Below are positions 9,348 through 19,432 of a stretch of DNA of 64,000 nt, piece by piece. The position numbers were made by a program, and so were the translations under genes. The stretch covers positions 51,294 to 115,293 of the forward strand of contig JBHLJY010000007.1 in assembly GCA_048887225.1 (NCBI GenBank), read 5' to 3'. The stretch comes from Candidatus Hodarchaeota archaeon. GTDB taxonomy: Archaea; Asgardarchaeota; Lokiarchaeia; Sigyniarchaeales; SOKP01. Position 1 is the first letter of the stretch. Every line of letters begins with the position of its first letter. Under the pieces are notes generated by a model. That model was not told where the DNA came from. It saw only the letters and a program-made list of their open reading frames with translations, and made no database searches.

Positions 9348-9863
9348 ATTCTATAAATAAAGTAAATAAATATTTATATTATTTCAAAAAAGTAAAATTT
9401 TTAAATGTTTTATTTTAGCGAGGAATTTTGTATAATAGGAAGATTTAAATAACTAAAAAAAGATACTATATGTGGACAATAGAAGATATGCAATGGTTAA
9501 AAAACGTAAACACAGTCTGAGCTGTTGAGCTGTATTACGAATATTTTTAATCGGTTCTTAATTCTCGACAATTTTTTATTAATAACCTTAGCACATATTA
9601 ACAGAAAAAATACTTATATATTCCTTTATTACTCTTGTACAAAAGTACATTTTAATAAAGAATTACACAAAATTAACTAAATACGTTCCTTATAACTTTA
9701 AAGATTAGAGACAAAGCAACTTTTCTACTTTGATCTCTTGTCGATTTAAATAGTTATTTCTAATACCCGAGACAATTAAACCATAAAAATCGTTCTTATG
9801 AAAAAACAAAAATAGAAGCTTTGATTTCGTAGGATAATTGTCAGATCTTAAAAAAATAACGAT

Positions 9864-10748
9864 CTAAATTCCTTCGAAACAATAATTCTTTAAATTATCG
9901 GAGCTTCTATTGTCCTCTTTTTTTCTCCTTTTTAAAAGATTATTAAATATATTTAAATCCGTTTCATAATCAATATCGTGAAAATTGATTTTTTTTTCTA
10001 TTTCCATGGCAATTATTTCACTTCCATTTCTTATCATATGATTTATAATTTCTCTAATTGTATTTACCGAAAATTTATTCTCAAATTTTTTAATCCGTTT
10101 AATAAAATCAAACGAAAATATAAAAACAGGTATTATTTGTTTTATAAAATCTGAATCAGAAAAGTCCTGTAATTTATATTTTTTAATTTGTCTTATAAAG
10201 CATTTAGAGTCTTTCTTCTCTATATCAGCGATTGAAATTGTTTTAGATTCTTGTTGTTCTTTTAGAGCGCTAATTATCATTTCTCTGTAAAAGATTAAAG
10301 GATATTTTTGAATGAGATTAAAATTATTAACAATAATGCTAAAAATTTGATTTAGTAGATTAAATTGAAAAATTGTGTCTCCAGGAATCACAATATATAT
10401 AGAATTTCTCTTAAATACATTTTTACTTGTAGTAATGGTTAAAAATGAATATAAGGGTCCTAATTTATATTGATTGCCAGAATCTATTATTATCAGTTTT
10501 TCTTCAAAATTAGAATTATAATTCTTTATTGAGGAAACACATTCATCAATCTTCATTCCCAAATGGCCTTTTACTATAGCGATTCGATGAATTCCTAATT
10601 CAATTAAACTAGAAATCGTATGCTCTAAAATTGAAATATTATTTAATTCTTTAATTTTTATCAATGGTTTTGGGATGTTCTTGGTAATTTCTTTAAGTCT
10701 GATTCCTTCTCCAGCACATAGAATTATTGCTATAATTTTATTTTTCAA
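9864..10748 (-). CDS. sugar-phosphate nucleotidyltransferase family protein
   Basis: 294 aa. The N-terminal IILCAGEGIRLKEITKNIPKPLIKI matches the GxGxRL...PKPL signature of NTP-transferases. Confidence 0.65.
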   Translation of the reverse strand: MKNKIIAIILCAGEGIRLKEITKNIPKPLIKIKELNNISILEHTISSLIELGIHRIAIVKGHLGMKIDECVSSIKNYNSNFEEKLIIIDSGNQYKLGPLYSFLTITTSKNVFKRNSIYIVIPGDTIFQFNLLNQIFSIIVNNFNLIQKYPLIFYREMIISALKEQQESKTISIADIEKKDSKCFIRQIKKYKLQDFSDSDFIKQIIPVFIFSFDFIKRIKKFENKFSVNTIREIINHMIRNGSEIIAMEIEKKINFHDIDYETDLNIFNNLLKRRKKEDNRSSDNLKNYCFEGI

Positions 10749-10750
10749 AA

Positions 10751-11668
10751 CTATTCTCTCGTCGTGACTATAGTTTTGCCGTCCAAATCAATTACAATAG
10801 TGTGTTCTTCTTGAGCTACAGGAGCTCCAGTTCTTTCCACTAAAATTGGATAATGATCAAGTATTTTTTTTCTTAGAAATGAATCTATTATTCTATTAAT
10901 TTTAGTTTTAGGGATGAGATTATGATTTTCGAGGAAACGAGGTGAGAATGGAAGATGTTTACAGTATTTCTCAATATTATTCATAAATCCTTGTTCTTCG
11001 TAAGGTATATTTTTCTTAATTTTTTTAACAAATCGATAAATGTAAGAGCGTTGTCCATTGTCAACTCTTCCTACTCCAGAAGTTGCGAATGGTTCACACG
11101 CATAGGCATCGCCAGGCTTTAAAACTTGATTATGAATTTTTTCTTTGTAATTTGGGATAAATGGTCCTGCGTGTAAAATGTATTGCTTTAATTCATGACC
11201 CCCTAAATTTACAATTGGTCTTAAACCATGAGCGATAATTCTATTTGCAATAGCTTCACCCATTTCATATAATTTGATACCCGGCTTAAAAATCTCAATC
11301 GCAGCTTCAAGACCTTCTTTTGCTGCATCGACATAATTTTGAAGTTCAGGGTCATTATCAATATTAATTGTAAAAGCCGAATCCGCTATATACCCATTAA
11401 AGTGAGCCCCAATATCGATTTTTAATAAACCATTCTCGGGAACGACCGTATTATCATCTATAGGAGGGCTATAGTGAGCAGCAATTTCATTTAAAGAGAT
11501 ATTTATGGGAAAAGCCAATTCACATCCATTATTTAATATCTTAGCCTCACATCTATTGGCAATTTCTAAAAATGAGGCACCTGATTTTGCAATTTCACGA
11601 GCTAGCTTTTTAGCAGCGATTACAGCTTTTCCAGCTTTTATATAATCTTGGAGATAATCTTCACTCAT
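10751..11668 (-). CDS. map: methionine aminopeptidase, type 2 (archaeal)
   Basis: 305 aa. Contains AFPINISLNEIAAHY, KIDIGAHFNGYIADSAFT, GHELKQY and EEHTI metal-ligand blocks. Confidence 0.9.
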   Translation of the reverse strand: MSEDYLQDYIKAGKAVIAAKKLAREIAKSGASFLEIANRCEAKILNNGCELAFPINISLNEIAAHYSPPIDDNTVVPENGLLKIDIGAHFNGYIADSAFTINIDNDPELQNYVDAAKEGLEAAIEIFKPGIKLYEMGEAIANRIIAHGLRPIVNLGGHELKQYILHAGPFIPNYKEKIHNQVLKPGDAYACEPFATSGVGRVDNGQRSYIYRFVKKIKKNIPYEEQGFMNNIEKYCKHLPFSPRFLENHNLIPKTKINRIIDSFLRKKILDHYPILVERTGAPVAQEEHTIVIDLDGKTIVTTRE

Positions 11669-11700
11669 TTTTGAATAAATATTAAAGTAATTAAAATGGA

Positions 11701-13032
11701 TTAAGGAGTTAATCTATCTGGAGTTCGCGGATACATCACGCTTTCTCTGATATCTTCCAATCCACACAAAAATGTGACCCATCTTGCTATACCAAGACCA
11801 AAACCAGCGTGAGGTGGCATACCAAAATCAAATGTTCGAAGATGCGACTCAAATGAAGCAGAATTTAGCCCCTTTGCTTCAAGCGTCGCAGTTAATTGTG
11901 CTTTATTATGAACCCTTGTCCCACCTGACGTTAATTCTAACCATCCCATTTGTAGATCGAATGATTCACTATATTTTGGGTCTTTTGATGGCATAATGTA
12001 AAATGGTTTAATTGACATGGGCCAATGAGTGATGTAATAATATCCTGTTAATTCTTCTCCTAATTTTCGATAAGCTTCTGTCGAAATATCCTCACCCCAT
12101 TCAATTTCTATTCTAAATTTAGTATTTATTAATTCCAAAATCTCGTCGTAAGTATATCGAGGGAAAGGAATTTCTGGTACTGTTGTCTTGTTTTCCATTT
12201 TTAAAAACTTTAACGCATCCATTTTATTCTTTCTAATATCTTTGATAACATTATGAATTAATTCTTCTAAAATCTTGAGGATATCACTCATATCTGCAAA
12301 GGCCATTTCGATATCTAGGACAAAAATCTCACATAAATGCCTTTTTGTACGACTCTTCTCAGCTCTGAAACATGGGCTAATTTCAAAAACACGTTCATAT
12401 ACACCACTTAATTGTTCTTTATATAATTGGGCTGACTGTGTTAAAAAGGCTTCTCTCTCAAAATACATAATCGGAAATAATTCAGTCCCTCCTTCTGTTG
12501 CTGATCCGATAATTTTCGGTGTTGTCATTTCTGTAAAATCGTTTGCAAATAGAAATTTTCGAATAGCTCTTAGTAATTCTCCTCTTATTTCAAAAATTGC
12601 CTGATTTCTTAGAGATCTCAAATCTAAAGCTCTATTATTTAGTCTAAGATCCAATTCTGAAAGAGTCTCTCCAGTCATATCTATTGGTAGCTTTTCTGGA
12701 GTTTTATTAAGAATTTTTATCTCAATGGGAATAATTTCAATACGACCAGGAGCTTTATCAAAAGCTTTTACTTTTCCTTTTACCATAATACAATATTGAT
12801 ACCCTAATTTAGCTTTTTCAAAAACTTCGTTGGAAACGATACCTTTTTTTAAGGTTATTTGTCGCTCGCCATATTTGTCTTGAAGGTTTATAAACTTTAA
12901 ACCTCCAAGATCTCTATAATTGCGAACCCAGCCGCCAAGTATCACTTCTTGATCAACTAATTCAGGAGTAACATCTTTTGTATAATGTGTTTTTCTCCAT
13001 TCACCAATTTCATCTAGCATATTTTGTGGCAA
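11701..13032 (-). CDS. aspS: aspartyl-tRNA synthetase (archaeal/eukaryotic type, possibly non-discriminating)
   Basis: 443 aa. N-terminal OB anticodon-binding domain (GWVRNYRDLGGLKFINLQD) and class II motifs FEISPCFRAE and GFGLGIARW. Confidence 0.9.
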   Translation of the reverse strand: MPQNMLDEIGEWRKTHYTKDVTPELVDQEVILGGWVRNYRDLGGLKFINLQDKYGERQITLKKGIVSNEVFEKAKLGYQYCIMVKGKVKAFDKAPGRIEIIPIEIKILNKTPEKLPIDMTGETLSELDLRLNNRALDLRSLRNQAIFEIRGELLRAIRKFLFANDFTEMTTPKIIGSATEGGTELFPIMYFEREAFLTQSAQLYKEQLSGVYERVFEISPCFRAEKSRTKRHLCEIFVLDIEMAFADMSDILKILEELIHNVIKDIRKNKMDALKFLKMENKTTVPEIPFPRYTYDEILELINTKFRIEIEWGEDISTEAYRKLGEELTGYYYITHWPMSIKPFYIMPSKDPKYSESFDLQMGWLELTSGGTRVHNKAQLTATLEAKGLNSASFESHLRTFDFGMPPHAGFGLGIARWVTFLCGLEDIRESVMYPRTPDRLTP

Positions 13033-13107
13033 ACAATAATTTTTTTTAAAAATTAAAATTTGAAATGTAGAATAACAATAAAATTTTTTGTCTTCTTATT
13101 CTAAATT

Positions 13108-14619
13108 ATGGTAAATTTAAATTGGAAAGGGAAACCTGAAAATAAAAGAATTTCGTCAGAAAATCAAAAAGAGTTTCCTTTTCAAATTATAGAAATTCAT
13201 CACCTCATTCAACAACAGATAGTAAATAGAAAATTTAATAAAAGTTGGGAAAATCTCTTGATCTGGGGTGATAATCTTCCTATTATGTCGCATTTATTAA
13301 AAGATTTTAAAGGAAAAATAAATCTCATTTATATTGATCCCCCTTTTTATACAGGAGGGGATTTTAATTATAAAATTCAAATAGGAGAGAAAGAGATTTC
13401 TAAAAAATCGAAACATTGGATAAGAATAAAAGCGTATAGTGATTGTTGGAAAAACGGCCTCGAGTCTTATCTTAATTTCATTTACGAAAGATTACTTTTA
13501 ATGAAAGAATTATTAGCACATAATGGTTCAATTTACATTCATTTAGACTGGCACGTATCTCATTACGTTAAAATTATGCTTGATGAGATATTTGGAATTG
13601 AAAATTTTAGAAATGAAATCATTTGGGCGTATCCTGCAGCATCTGTACAAACAAGAAGATTTTTTATGCGATCATTTGATATCTTACTATTTTATTCAAA
13701 ATCAGATGATTATATTTTCAACGACGATCCAAATATCTATATGGAGTATTCTGATCGCGTTAAAATGGCATTAAAAGAAGATAATAAAGGGATTTATTAT
13801 TATCGTGGTGGTAGTCACAATGGCAAAAAATTATCACGAAAAGTATACATTAAAAATCAAGGAATTTTTCCAAGAGATGTATGGAATGATATTCCTTATG
13901 TGAGAGCCAATACTTTAGAATATCAAGGTTTTTCAACTCAAAAACCAGAACGCCTTTTAAAACGGATTATTTTAGCATCTACTAATGAGAATAATTTAGT
14001 AGCAGATTTTTTTTGTGGATCTGGAACGACTTTAACTGTTGCGGAGAAGCTAGGAAGGCGATGGATCGGCTCTGATTTAAGTCAACAAGCAATTCATATG
14101 ACCAGAAAAAGACTGCTCGATATCCATAATAGCAACGATATTTATAAATGGAACGAGAACTTTAATAAAAAGCCTCAATATTTTAAAATTTTAAAGTTAA
14201 TAGAAATTGTTGATGAGCCAATTATTCCAATTGATTTTTTAACAGAAAACGCCAAAGAAATAGATTTTTTAAAAATGGCGGGAAATATCACATTTAATAT
14301 TAAAATTAAAAAAAAAGAAAAAAAGATATTAATAGTATTATGTAATTACACTATTCCTTTTATAAATTTCATCTCTGAAAATGTTAAACAATTTATATCA
14401 TCATTCTCAGATTGGATCGATTATTGGTCAATAGATTTTAATTTTCAAGATAATAGTTTTAATAATATGTGGGCCTCTTATAGAACTCCAAAAAAAAGAA
14501 GACTGTCTCTTATCGCGTCATTTAATTATAAAAAACCTGGAGATTATCAAATATTAGTAAAAGTTATTGACATTTTTGGAATAGAAACAATTCAAAGTTA
14601 TACTGTAAAAATTATTTAA
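13108..14619 (+). CDS. DNA methyltransferase, beta-class N4/N6 (PF01555-like), with uncharacterised C-terminal ~160 aa
   Basis: Motif IV IYIDPPFYTG precedes motif I FFCGSGTT, which is the beta permutation. No nuclease gene is adjacent. Confidence 0.85.
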   Translation: MVNLNWKGKPENKRISSENQKEFPFQIIEIHHLIQQQIVNRKFNKSWENLLIWGDNLPIMSHLLKDFKGKINLIYIDPPFYTGGDFNYKIQIGEKEISKKSKHWIRIKAYSDCWKNGLESYLNFIYERLLLMKELLAHNGSIYIHLDWHVSHYVKIMLDEIFGIENFRNEIIWAYPAASVQTRRFFMRSFDILLFYSKSDDYIFNDDPNIYMEYSDRVKMALKEDNKGIYYYRGGSHNGKKLSRKVYIKNQGIFPRDVWNDIPYVRANTLEYQGFSTQKPERLLKRIILASTNENNLVADFFCGSGTTLTVAEKLGRRWIGSDLSQQAIHMTRKRLLDIHNSNDIYKWNENFNKKPQYFKILKLIEIVDEPIIPIDFLTENAKEIDFLKMAGNITFNIKIKKKEKKILIVLCNYTIPFINFISENVKQFISSFSDWIDYWSIDFNFQDNSFNNMWASYRTPKKRRLSLIASFNYKKPGDYQILVKVIDIFGIETIQSYTVKII

Positions 14620-14623
14620 TTAT

Positions 14624-15769
14624 TTATTTCATTAATTCTCTAAGAAGCATTGTAGCATAGGATCCTTTTGGGAGTGAAAATTCAATTTTTATTTTTTTTT
14701 TACCTGGAAAAAGATCATCATCGTTTAGTTCAACGATATTTAATCCAGTAGGTTTGGCAATCATAGCTCTAAATGAACCTTTAAATCCAAACTCATATAA
14801 TAAATCGCTTTTGTAAATGTTCTTATCAATATGTTCTTCTTTAATGATTACTTCAAAAAGATTTTTCATAAGGAGAAAGTGATCTAAATTAGTGTTATAT
14901 CCTACAATAGGAACAACTATCGTAGCCCTATTGACTTTTATTGCTTCGTCCAAATATTCATCATAAAGCCCCCCAAGCCTACCATATATATATTTTATTT
15001 GAGTAACATTTCCATTATCATCATCTAAAATACTAATAGTATCTCCTTTAACCGGTTTTAAGGGTATTCCCATTTTGACTCGTAGAGAAATCATTTTATT
15101 AAAAATGTAAGATTGAAACGAGCTAATTAATAAATTTTTTAAGTCTGGAGGGATTGCATTAAAGCAACCTTTATAATCTCCAGGAAAGTCTATTAAATGT
15201 TTAATCATAGACCTTTCATAAGAGAGGCTTTTTGGAAAGGTTTCATAAATCTTTTCAAGGTCAATATTATTCTTTACATTACTACGAATAGACTGCAATT
15301 GAGGACTTTCGGAAGAGTATTTCACTGAAACAAACTCATCGAACGCTTTTTCAAAATTTCCTTCTAACAAATACCTTCCTATTTTATGAGAATTAGGTCT
15401 ATACTTTCCGAATCTTTGAAGTCCAAAATAATTTGGGAATCCTTGCTTTTCTAAAAGTTCAATTAAATAATCAATATTTTTCTCTAAATTCTCTTTATTA
15501 TCAATATTTCTTATTACTATTGTAAAATTATTACCCCAATTAACTCCTAATTTTACTGGCTTTTTGGTTGGTTCAATACATCTAAAAAACAAATCCCTTA
15601 TCTTTAATCTTTTTAATTGTTCAATAAAATTTCCTCTAATAGAAAGCTTTTGAACGCTAATTGAACATTTATCTTTTAATCCAGAATAATATACAAAATT
15701 CGGTGAGATCTTTAAAGCTTGACTAATTTCATTTATAGCTTCAAAAGTGTCTTTATTAATCTTAATCAA
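14624..15769 (-). CDS. truD: tRNA pseudouridine synthase TruD/Pus7 (track ORF; true N-terminus probably lies upstream, see findings)
   Basis: Contains the catalytic GLKDK motif, plus NYFGLQRFG and the C-terminal LPKGSYATMLLRE. The frame stays open upstream to about 16006 and encodes the conserved N-terminal GIGGVYKNTYKDFIVKE block. Confidence 0.85.
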   Translation of the reverse strand: MIKINKDTFEAINEISQALKISPNFVYYSGLKDKCSISVQKLSIRGNFIEQLKRLKIRDLFFRCIEPTKKPVKLGVNWGNNFTIVIRNIDNKENLEKNIDYLIELLEKQGFPNYFGLQRFGKYRPNSHKIGRYLLEGNFEKAFDEFVSVKYSSESPQLQSIRSNVKNNIDLEKIYETFPKSLSYERSMIKHLIDFPGDYKGCFNAIPPDLKNLLISSFQSYIFNKMISLRVKMGIPLKPVKGDTISILDDDNGNVTQIKYIYGRLGGLYDEYLDEAIKVNRATIVVPIVGYNTNLDHFLLMKNLFEVIIKEEHIDKNIYKSDLLYEFGFKGSFRAMIAKPTGLNIVELNDDDLFPGKKKIKIEFSLPKGSYATMLLRELMK

Positions 15770-15978
15770 ATTAAATGTGGTATATTTATCTTTTGAATCT
15801 TCTAAAAAAGGTGTATAGGTGAAATCGTCTTTAATTTCGAGGATTTTCCCTTTAGTGGTTATTTCTTTTACTATAAAATCTTTATAAGTGTTTTTGTATA
15901 CGCCACCAATGCCACCTATTTCTGCTGTGCTGTATATCTCAATTCCTACAAATTTTTCAACATCCGTGTTGTTATTCT

Positions 15979-16335
15979 TTATAATAATTGCAAATCTCCC
16001 GTTATTTTATCAATTTCAGTTGATAAAGCAGGACCTATCCCCAAAGCAGTCATAGTACCAGGATCTAATTGAGTTAAACCTGCATCCTTAACAAGAAAAC
16101 ATGGAATTCTATTTTTAAGTACCTTCTTATATATTTCATTAATTTCTTCCATACTACTAACCTTTAATATAACTTTTTTTTGTCCTGAATTTTTCCATTT
16201 TTTCCATTCTTTTTTAGTTTTTACTCTTGCTAAATCGGAGGCAGAAACACTAGCATGACATGCTTGAGCACATTTCTTCCCAGCACTCATCTTTAAATCT
16301 ATTCTAATTAAAATAACTTGTTTAAATTTATACAT
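15979..16335 (-). CDS. pth: peptidyl-tRNA hydrolase, archaeal Pth2 type
   Basis: 118 aa. Contains [37 protein letters not shown]. Confidence 0.9.
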   Translation of the reverse strand: MYKFKQVILIRIDLKMSAGKKCAQACHASVSASDLARVKTKKEWKKWKNSGQKKVILKVSSMEEINEIYKKVLKNRIPCFLVKDAGLTQLDPGTMTALGIGPALSTEIDKITGDLQLL

Positions 16336-16376
16336 AGACGAATACCAAGGTTATTCTTAGGAAATTATTTTATCGA

Positions 16377-16892
16377 TTATAAGTATTCAATCCTTGTAGT
16401 ATTTCCAGTCAATTCATAAATTAATTCTTCAAGCTCGTTACTGGTGAATAGTATATTATTTTTGTCCGATTTACGAATTACAGCTTTGAATTCTATATCC
16501 CCAGTAGCAAGGAAAATTTCATTTAAAGAAACTAGTTTGCTTGGAGCAATTAAACTTTCAACCACGGGTCTAGGTTTGTTAGTCTTCTCGATTAAAATTA
16601 TCTTGTCGATCTTATATGATTCTCTTATCCATTCCATTAATTCTTTAGTAAATTTTAATTTATCTTTATATCCGACTTCAAGGATGACGACATCCTCATA
16701 ATCTATTGCCTTATAAAAAGATACCTCTTTTAAGAAGCCAAATTGTTCGTGATCATTTTCCTCCAGCTCAACCAAATCTTTTGCTAAATCTAATTCGAAT
16801 TCTGTCAATTTTCCTGTATCTAATCTTTTTTGACAGCTATTACATAAAAATCCTGAATTAACGCAAGTAAGACAGGCTGGAAGAACTTTCAT
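16377..16892 (-). CDS. zinc-ribbon protein of unknown function in a translation-gene neighbourhood
   Basis: 171 aa. The N-terminus has CLTC...CNSC. It sits between pth and eL38 on the same strand. Confidence 0.5.
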   Translation of the reverse strand: MKVLPACLTCVNSGFLCNSCQKRLDTGKLTEFELDLAKDLVELEENDHEQFGFLKEVSFYKAIDYEDVVILEVGYKDKLKFTKELMEWIRESYKIDKIILIEKTNKPRPVVESLIAPSKLVSLNEIFLATGDIEFKAVIRKSDKNNILFTSNELEELIYELTGNTTRIEYL

Positions 16893-16917
16893 TACCTAAT
16901 TGAATACTTATTTTTTT

Positions 16918-17112
16918 TTATAATTCAATTATATCGCAACTAATTTGCTTAATTAGTCGTTCAGCTGAGCTTGGGTCAGTTTTGAATGTATAAAGTATTT
17001 TTTTTGTGCGAAGTTTCAATTTAACTACATCTTTTATTCGTTTTACCCGACAGTGGAAAGCGTTCTCAGCTAACTCAAGGAATTTTTCTTCGTCAAATAT
17101 TTCTCTTGGCAA
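16918..17112 (-). CDS. rpl38e: ribosomal protein eL38
   Basis: 64 aa, TTG start. MPREIFDEEKFLELAENAFHCRVKRIKDVVKLKLRTKKILYTFKTDPSSAERLIKQ is collinear with eukaryotic RPL38 ([47 protein letters not shown]...). Confidence 0.8.
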   Translation of the reverse strand: MPREIFDEEKFLELAENAFHCRVKRIKDVVKLKLRTKKILYTFKTDPSSAERLIKQISCDIIEL

Positions 17113-17316
17113 ACCTAATTACACTATAACAAAATCAATTATTTATTAAATCAATTATTTATTTTCTATACTTAATAAAATTTTAATTTTTTTATTACAT
17201 AAAACAACCATCTAGCCATAAAACTTATTTGAAATCTCTTTTTTTACAAATCATTCATATTTATTTATTATCAAGACAATTTTAGTGGAAAAAAAAGAAA
17301 TATAAATTGATTTAAT

Positions 17317-17481
17317 ATGAGCCCGCTTGACGATCCAGTGAAGAGAAAAATAGCACAATACCATCTTTTATTAAAGAGTGTCTGCCGCAGATGCGGTGCT
17401 CTTAACCCACCAAGAGCTACTAAATGCCGACGTTGTCACGGTAAAGATTTACGTGAGAAAAAAAAAGATTTGCAAAAGTAA
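17317..17481 (+). CDS. rpl40e: ribosomal protein eL40 (54 aa), absent from the ORF track, not fused to ubiquitin
   Basis: Hand translation gives [54 protein letters not shown]. The C-x2-C-x(11)-C-x2-C zinc ribbon and [11 protein letters not shown] block are characteristic of L40e. Confidence 0.8.
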   Translation: MSPLDDPVKRKIAQYHLLLKSVCRRCGALNPPRATKCRRCHGKDLREKKKDLQK

Positions 17482-17544
17482 CTCTTAATTTTCGTTTTAA
17501 AGATAAAATTTTCGTAAACTTTTTTAATTTTATGACTTAGAGAT

Positions 17545-17554
17545 CTATATAAAG
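17545..17554 (+). promoter_or_regulatory. TATA-like box upstream of the thermosome gene
   Basis: The sequence ctatataaag is centred about 38 nt upstream of the ATG at 17587. This spacing is compatible with an archaeal TATA at about -26 and a short leader. Confidence 0.3.
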
Positions 17555-17586
17555 AACTTAAATTATAAAAATAGAGTGAAATAAGT

Positions 17587-19275
17587 ATGGCACAATTAGG
17601 CGGACAACCTATATTATTATTGAAGGAAGGCACTGAAAGAACTCGTGGGAAGGATGCTATGACGAATAATATCGCAGCAGCAAAAGCTATAGCAGAGGCA
17701 GTAAGAACATCATTAGGGCCTAAAGGTATGGATAAAATGTTGGTAGATCAATTTGGTGATGTCGTAATCACTAATGATGGAGCTACAATCTTAAAAGAGA
17801 TTGATGTACAACATCCAGCGGCTAAAATGATGGTAGAGGTGGCAAAAACTCAAGATAGTGAAGTCGGAGATGGGACAACAACCTCTGTAGTTCTGGCAGG
17901 GGAATTATTAAAGAGAGCAGAAAAGCTCATTTTGCAAAAAATCCATCCAACCGTAATAACAGAAGGATTTCGAAAAGCTGCTGAAAAATCTATTGAGATT
18001 CTTGATAAAATGTCAATAAAAAGCGGTATAGACGACGAAACGCAACTTAAAAACGCTGCAATGACCTGTATGTCTAGCAAAATTGTATCCGAATCAAGGG
18101 AACAATTAGCAGCAATTTGTATGGAAGCGATTAAATCAATTGCTGAAAAGGATGATAACGGAAATTGGGTAGCGGATATTGATAAGGTTCAAATTCAGAA
18201 AAAAGAAGGCGAGTCAATGGATGACACACGCCTCATTAAAGGTATCATTTTGGATAAAGAAGTAGTAAGCCCAAGCATGCCTAAATCTGTAAAAGATGCT
18301 AAAATCCTTTTACTACAAAGTGCTATTGAGATTGAGAAGACGGAATTTGATAGTAAGCTTCAAATAACCTCTCCAGAACAAATTCAGCAATTCTTAGACG
18401 AAGAGGAAAAAATGCTTCGAACTATGGTTGAAAAAATTATTAATTCTGGTGCGAATGTTGTTATTTGTCAGAAAGGAATAGATGATATGGCACAACATTT
18501 TCTATCTAAAGCTGGAATTATGGCAGTAAGACGGGTAAAAAAATCTGACCTTGAGAAACTGTCAAAAGCAACTGGTGGAATGATTTTTACGAATTTTGAT
18601 GATGCAACAGGAGATAAACTTGGATGGGCAGGATTGGTGGAAGAACGAAAAATTATGAAAGATAGTTGGATTTTTATTGAAGAATGTAAGGATCCTAAAT
18701 CCGTAGTAATTTTAATCAGAGGAGGTACCGAACTTATAGTAGACGAAGTTGATAGGGCTATTCACGATGCATTATGCGTAATTCGGGATGTCGTAGAAGA
18801 TCAAAAAATTGTAGGCGGGGGAGGTGCTCCAGAACTAGAAACAGCAATTCAATTAAGAAAATTTGCATCAACTTTAGGTGGGCGGGAACAATTGGCTGTT
18901 GAAGTATTTGCTGATAGTCTTGACATTGTACCAAAAACCTTAGCTGAAAACGCAGGGCTAGATCAAATCGAAATACTAATGAAATTGAGAGCAACTCATC
19001 AGCAAGGAAATAAATTTGCTGGTCACGATTTAGATACTGGTGAAATCATTAAAGACATGATGGAAGTTGGAGTTGTTGAGCCTACAGCTGTTAAAGTACA
19101 AGCAATTAAAAGCTCAGTTGAGGCTGCATCAATGATATTAAGTATTGATGATGTAATCGCAGGAGCCAAGAGTGCAATGCCCCCAATGCCTCCAGGAGGA
19201 GGAATGCCTCCAGGCATGGGAGGTATGGGAGGTATGCCTCCAGGTATGGGTGGGATGCCTCCAGACATGATGTAA
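17587..19275 (+). CDS. ths: thermosome subunit (group II chaperonin, CCT homologue)
   Basis: 562 aa. Contains [24 protein letters not shown], and a C-terminal GGM-type tail ([20 protein letters not shown]). Confidence 0.95.
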   Translation: MAQLGGQPILLLKEGTERTRGKDAMTNNIAAAKAIAEAVRTSLGPKGMDKMLVDQFGDVVITNDGATILKEIDVQHPAAKMMVEVAKTQDSEVGDGTTTSVVLAGELLKRAEKLILQKIHPTVITEGFRKAAEKSIEILDKMSIKSGIDDETQLKNAAMTCMSSKIVSESREQLAAICMEAIKSIAEKDDNGNWVADIDKVQIQKKEGESMDDTRLIKGIILDKEVVSPSMPKSVKDAKILLLQSAIEIEKTEFDSKLQITSPEQIQQFLDEEEKMLRTMVEKIINSGANVVICQKGIDDMAQHFLSKAGIMAVRRVKKSDLEKLSKATGGMIFTNFDDATGDKLGWAGLVEERKIMKDSWIFIEECKDPKSVVILIRGGTELIVDEVDRAIHDALCVIRDVVEDQKIVGGGGAPELETAIQLRKFASTLGGREQLAVEVFADSLDIVPKTLAENAGLDQIEILMKLRATHQQGNKFAGHDLDTGEIIKDMMEVGVVEPTAVKVQAIKSSVEAASMILSIDDVIAGAKSAMPPMPPGGGMPPGMGGMGGMPPGMGGMPPDMM

Positions 19276-19432
19276 GAATTTTTATTTTTTTTTCTATTAT
19301 TTTTATTTCTTTATTGATACTACATTGGCTACTTTAAAATTTATTTTTCCTTTCTAATAGATTTGTTTTCAATTTCTTTTTCTTTTTCATTATAAATTAA
19401 ACTTTTAATTGGATTGTATCATTGTGAGTATT

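Noticed and set aside
9470-9550. Mini-ORF ATGTGGACA...GTCTGAGCT...TAA with an in-frame TGA, considered as a possible selenoprotein given the PSTK-like gene.
   Set aside because: It is only about 26 codons even with read-through. It has no redox motif around the TGA and no recognisable SECIS-like hairpin.
17436-17633. 65-aa minus-strand ORF between eL40 and the thermosome gene.
   Set aside because: It overlaps the 3' end of the eL40 gene and the 5' end of the thermosome gene, and it spans the thermosome promoter. It has no motif.
19174-19272. Tandem GGMPPGM-type repeat, and the Pro/Gly-rich antisense ORF 19023..19268 (-).
   Set aside because: The repeat is the normal Gly-Met-rich C-terminal tail of chaperonins. 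The antisense ORF is just its mirror image inside a confidently assigned gene.
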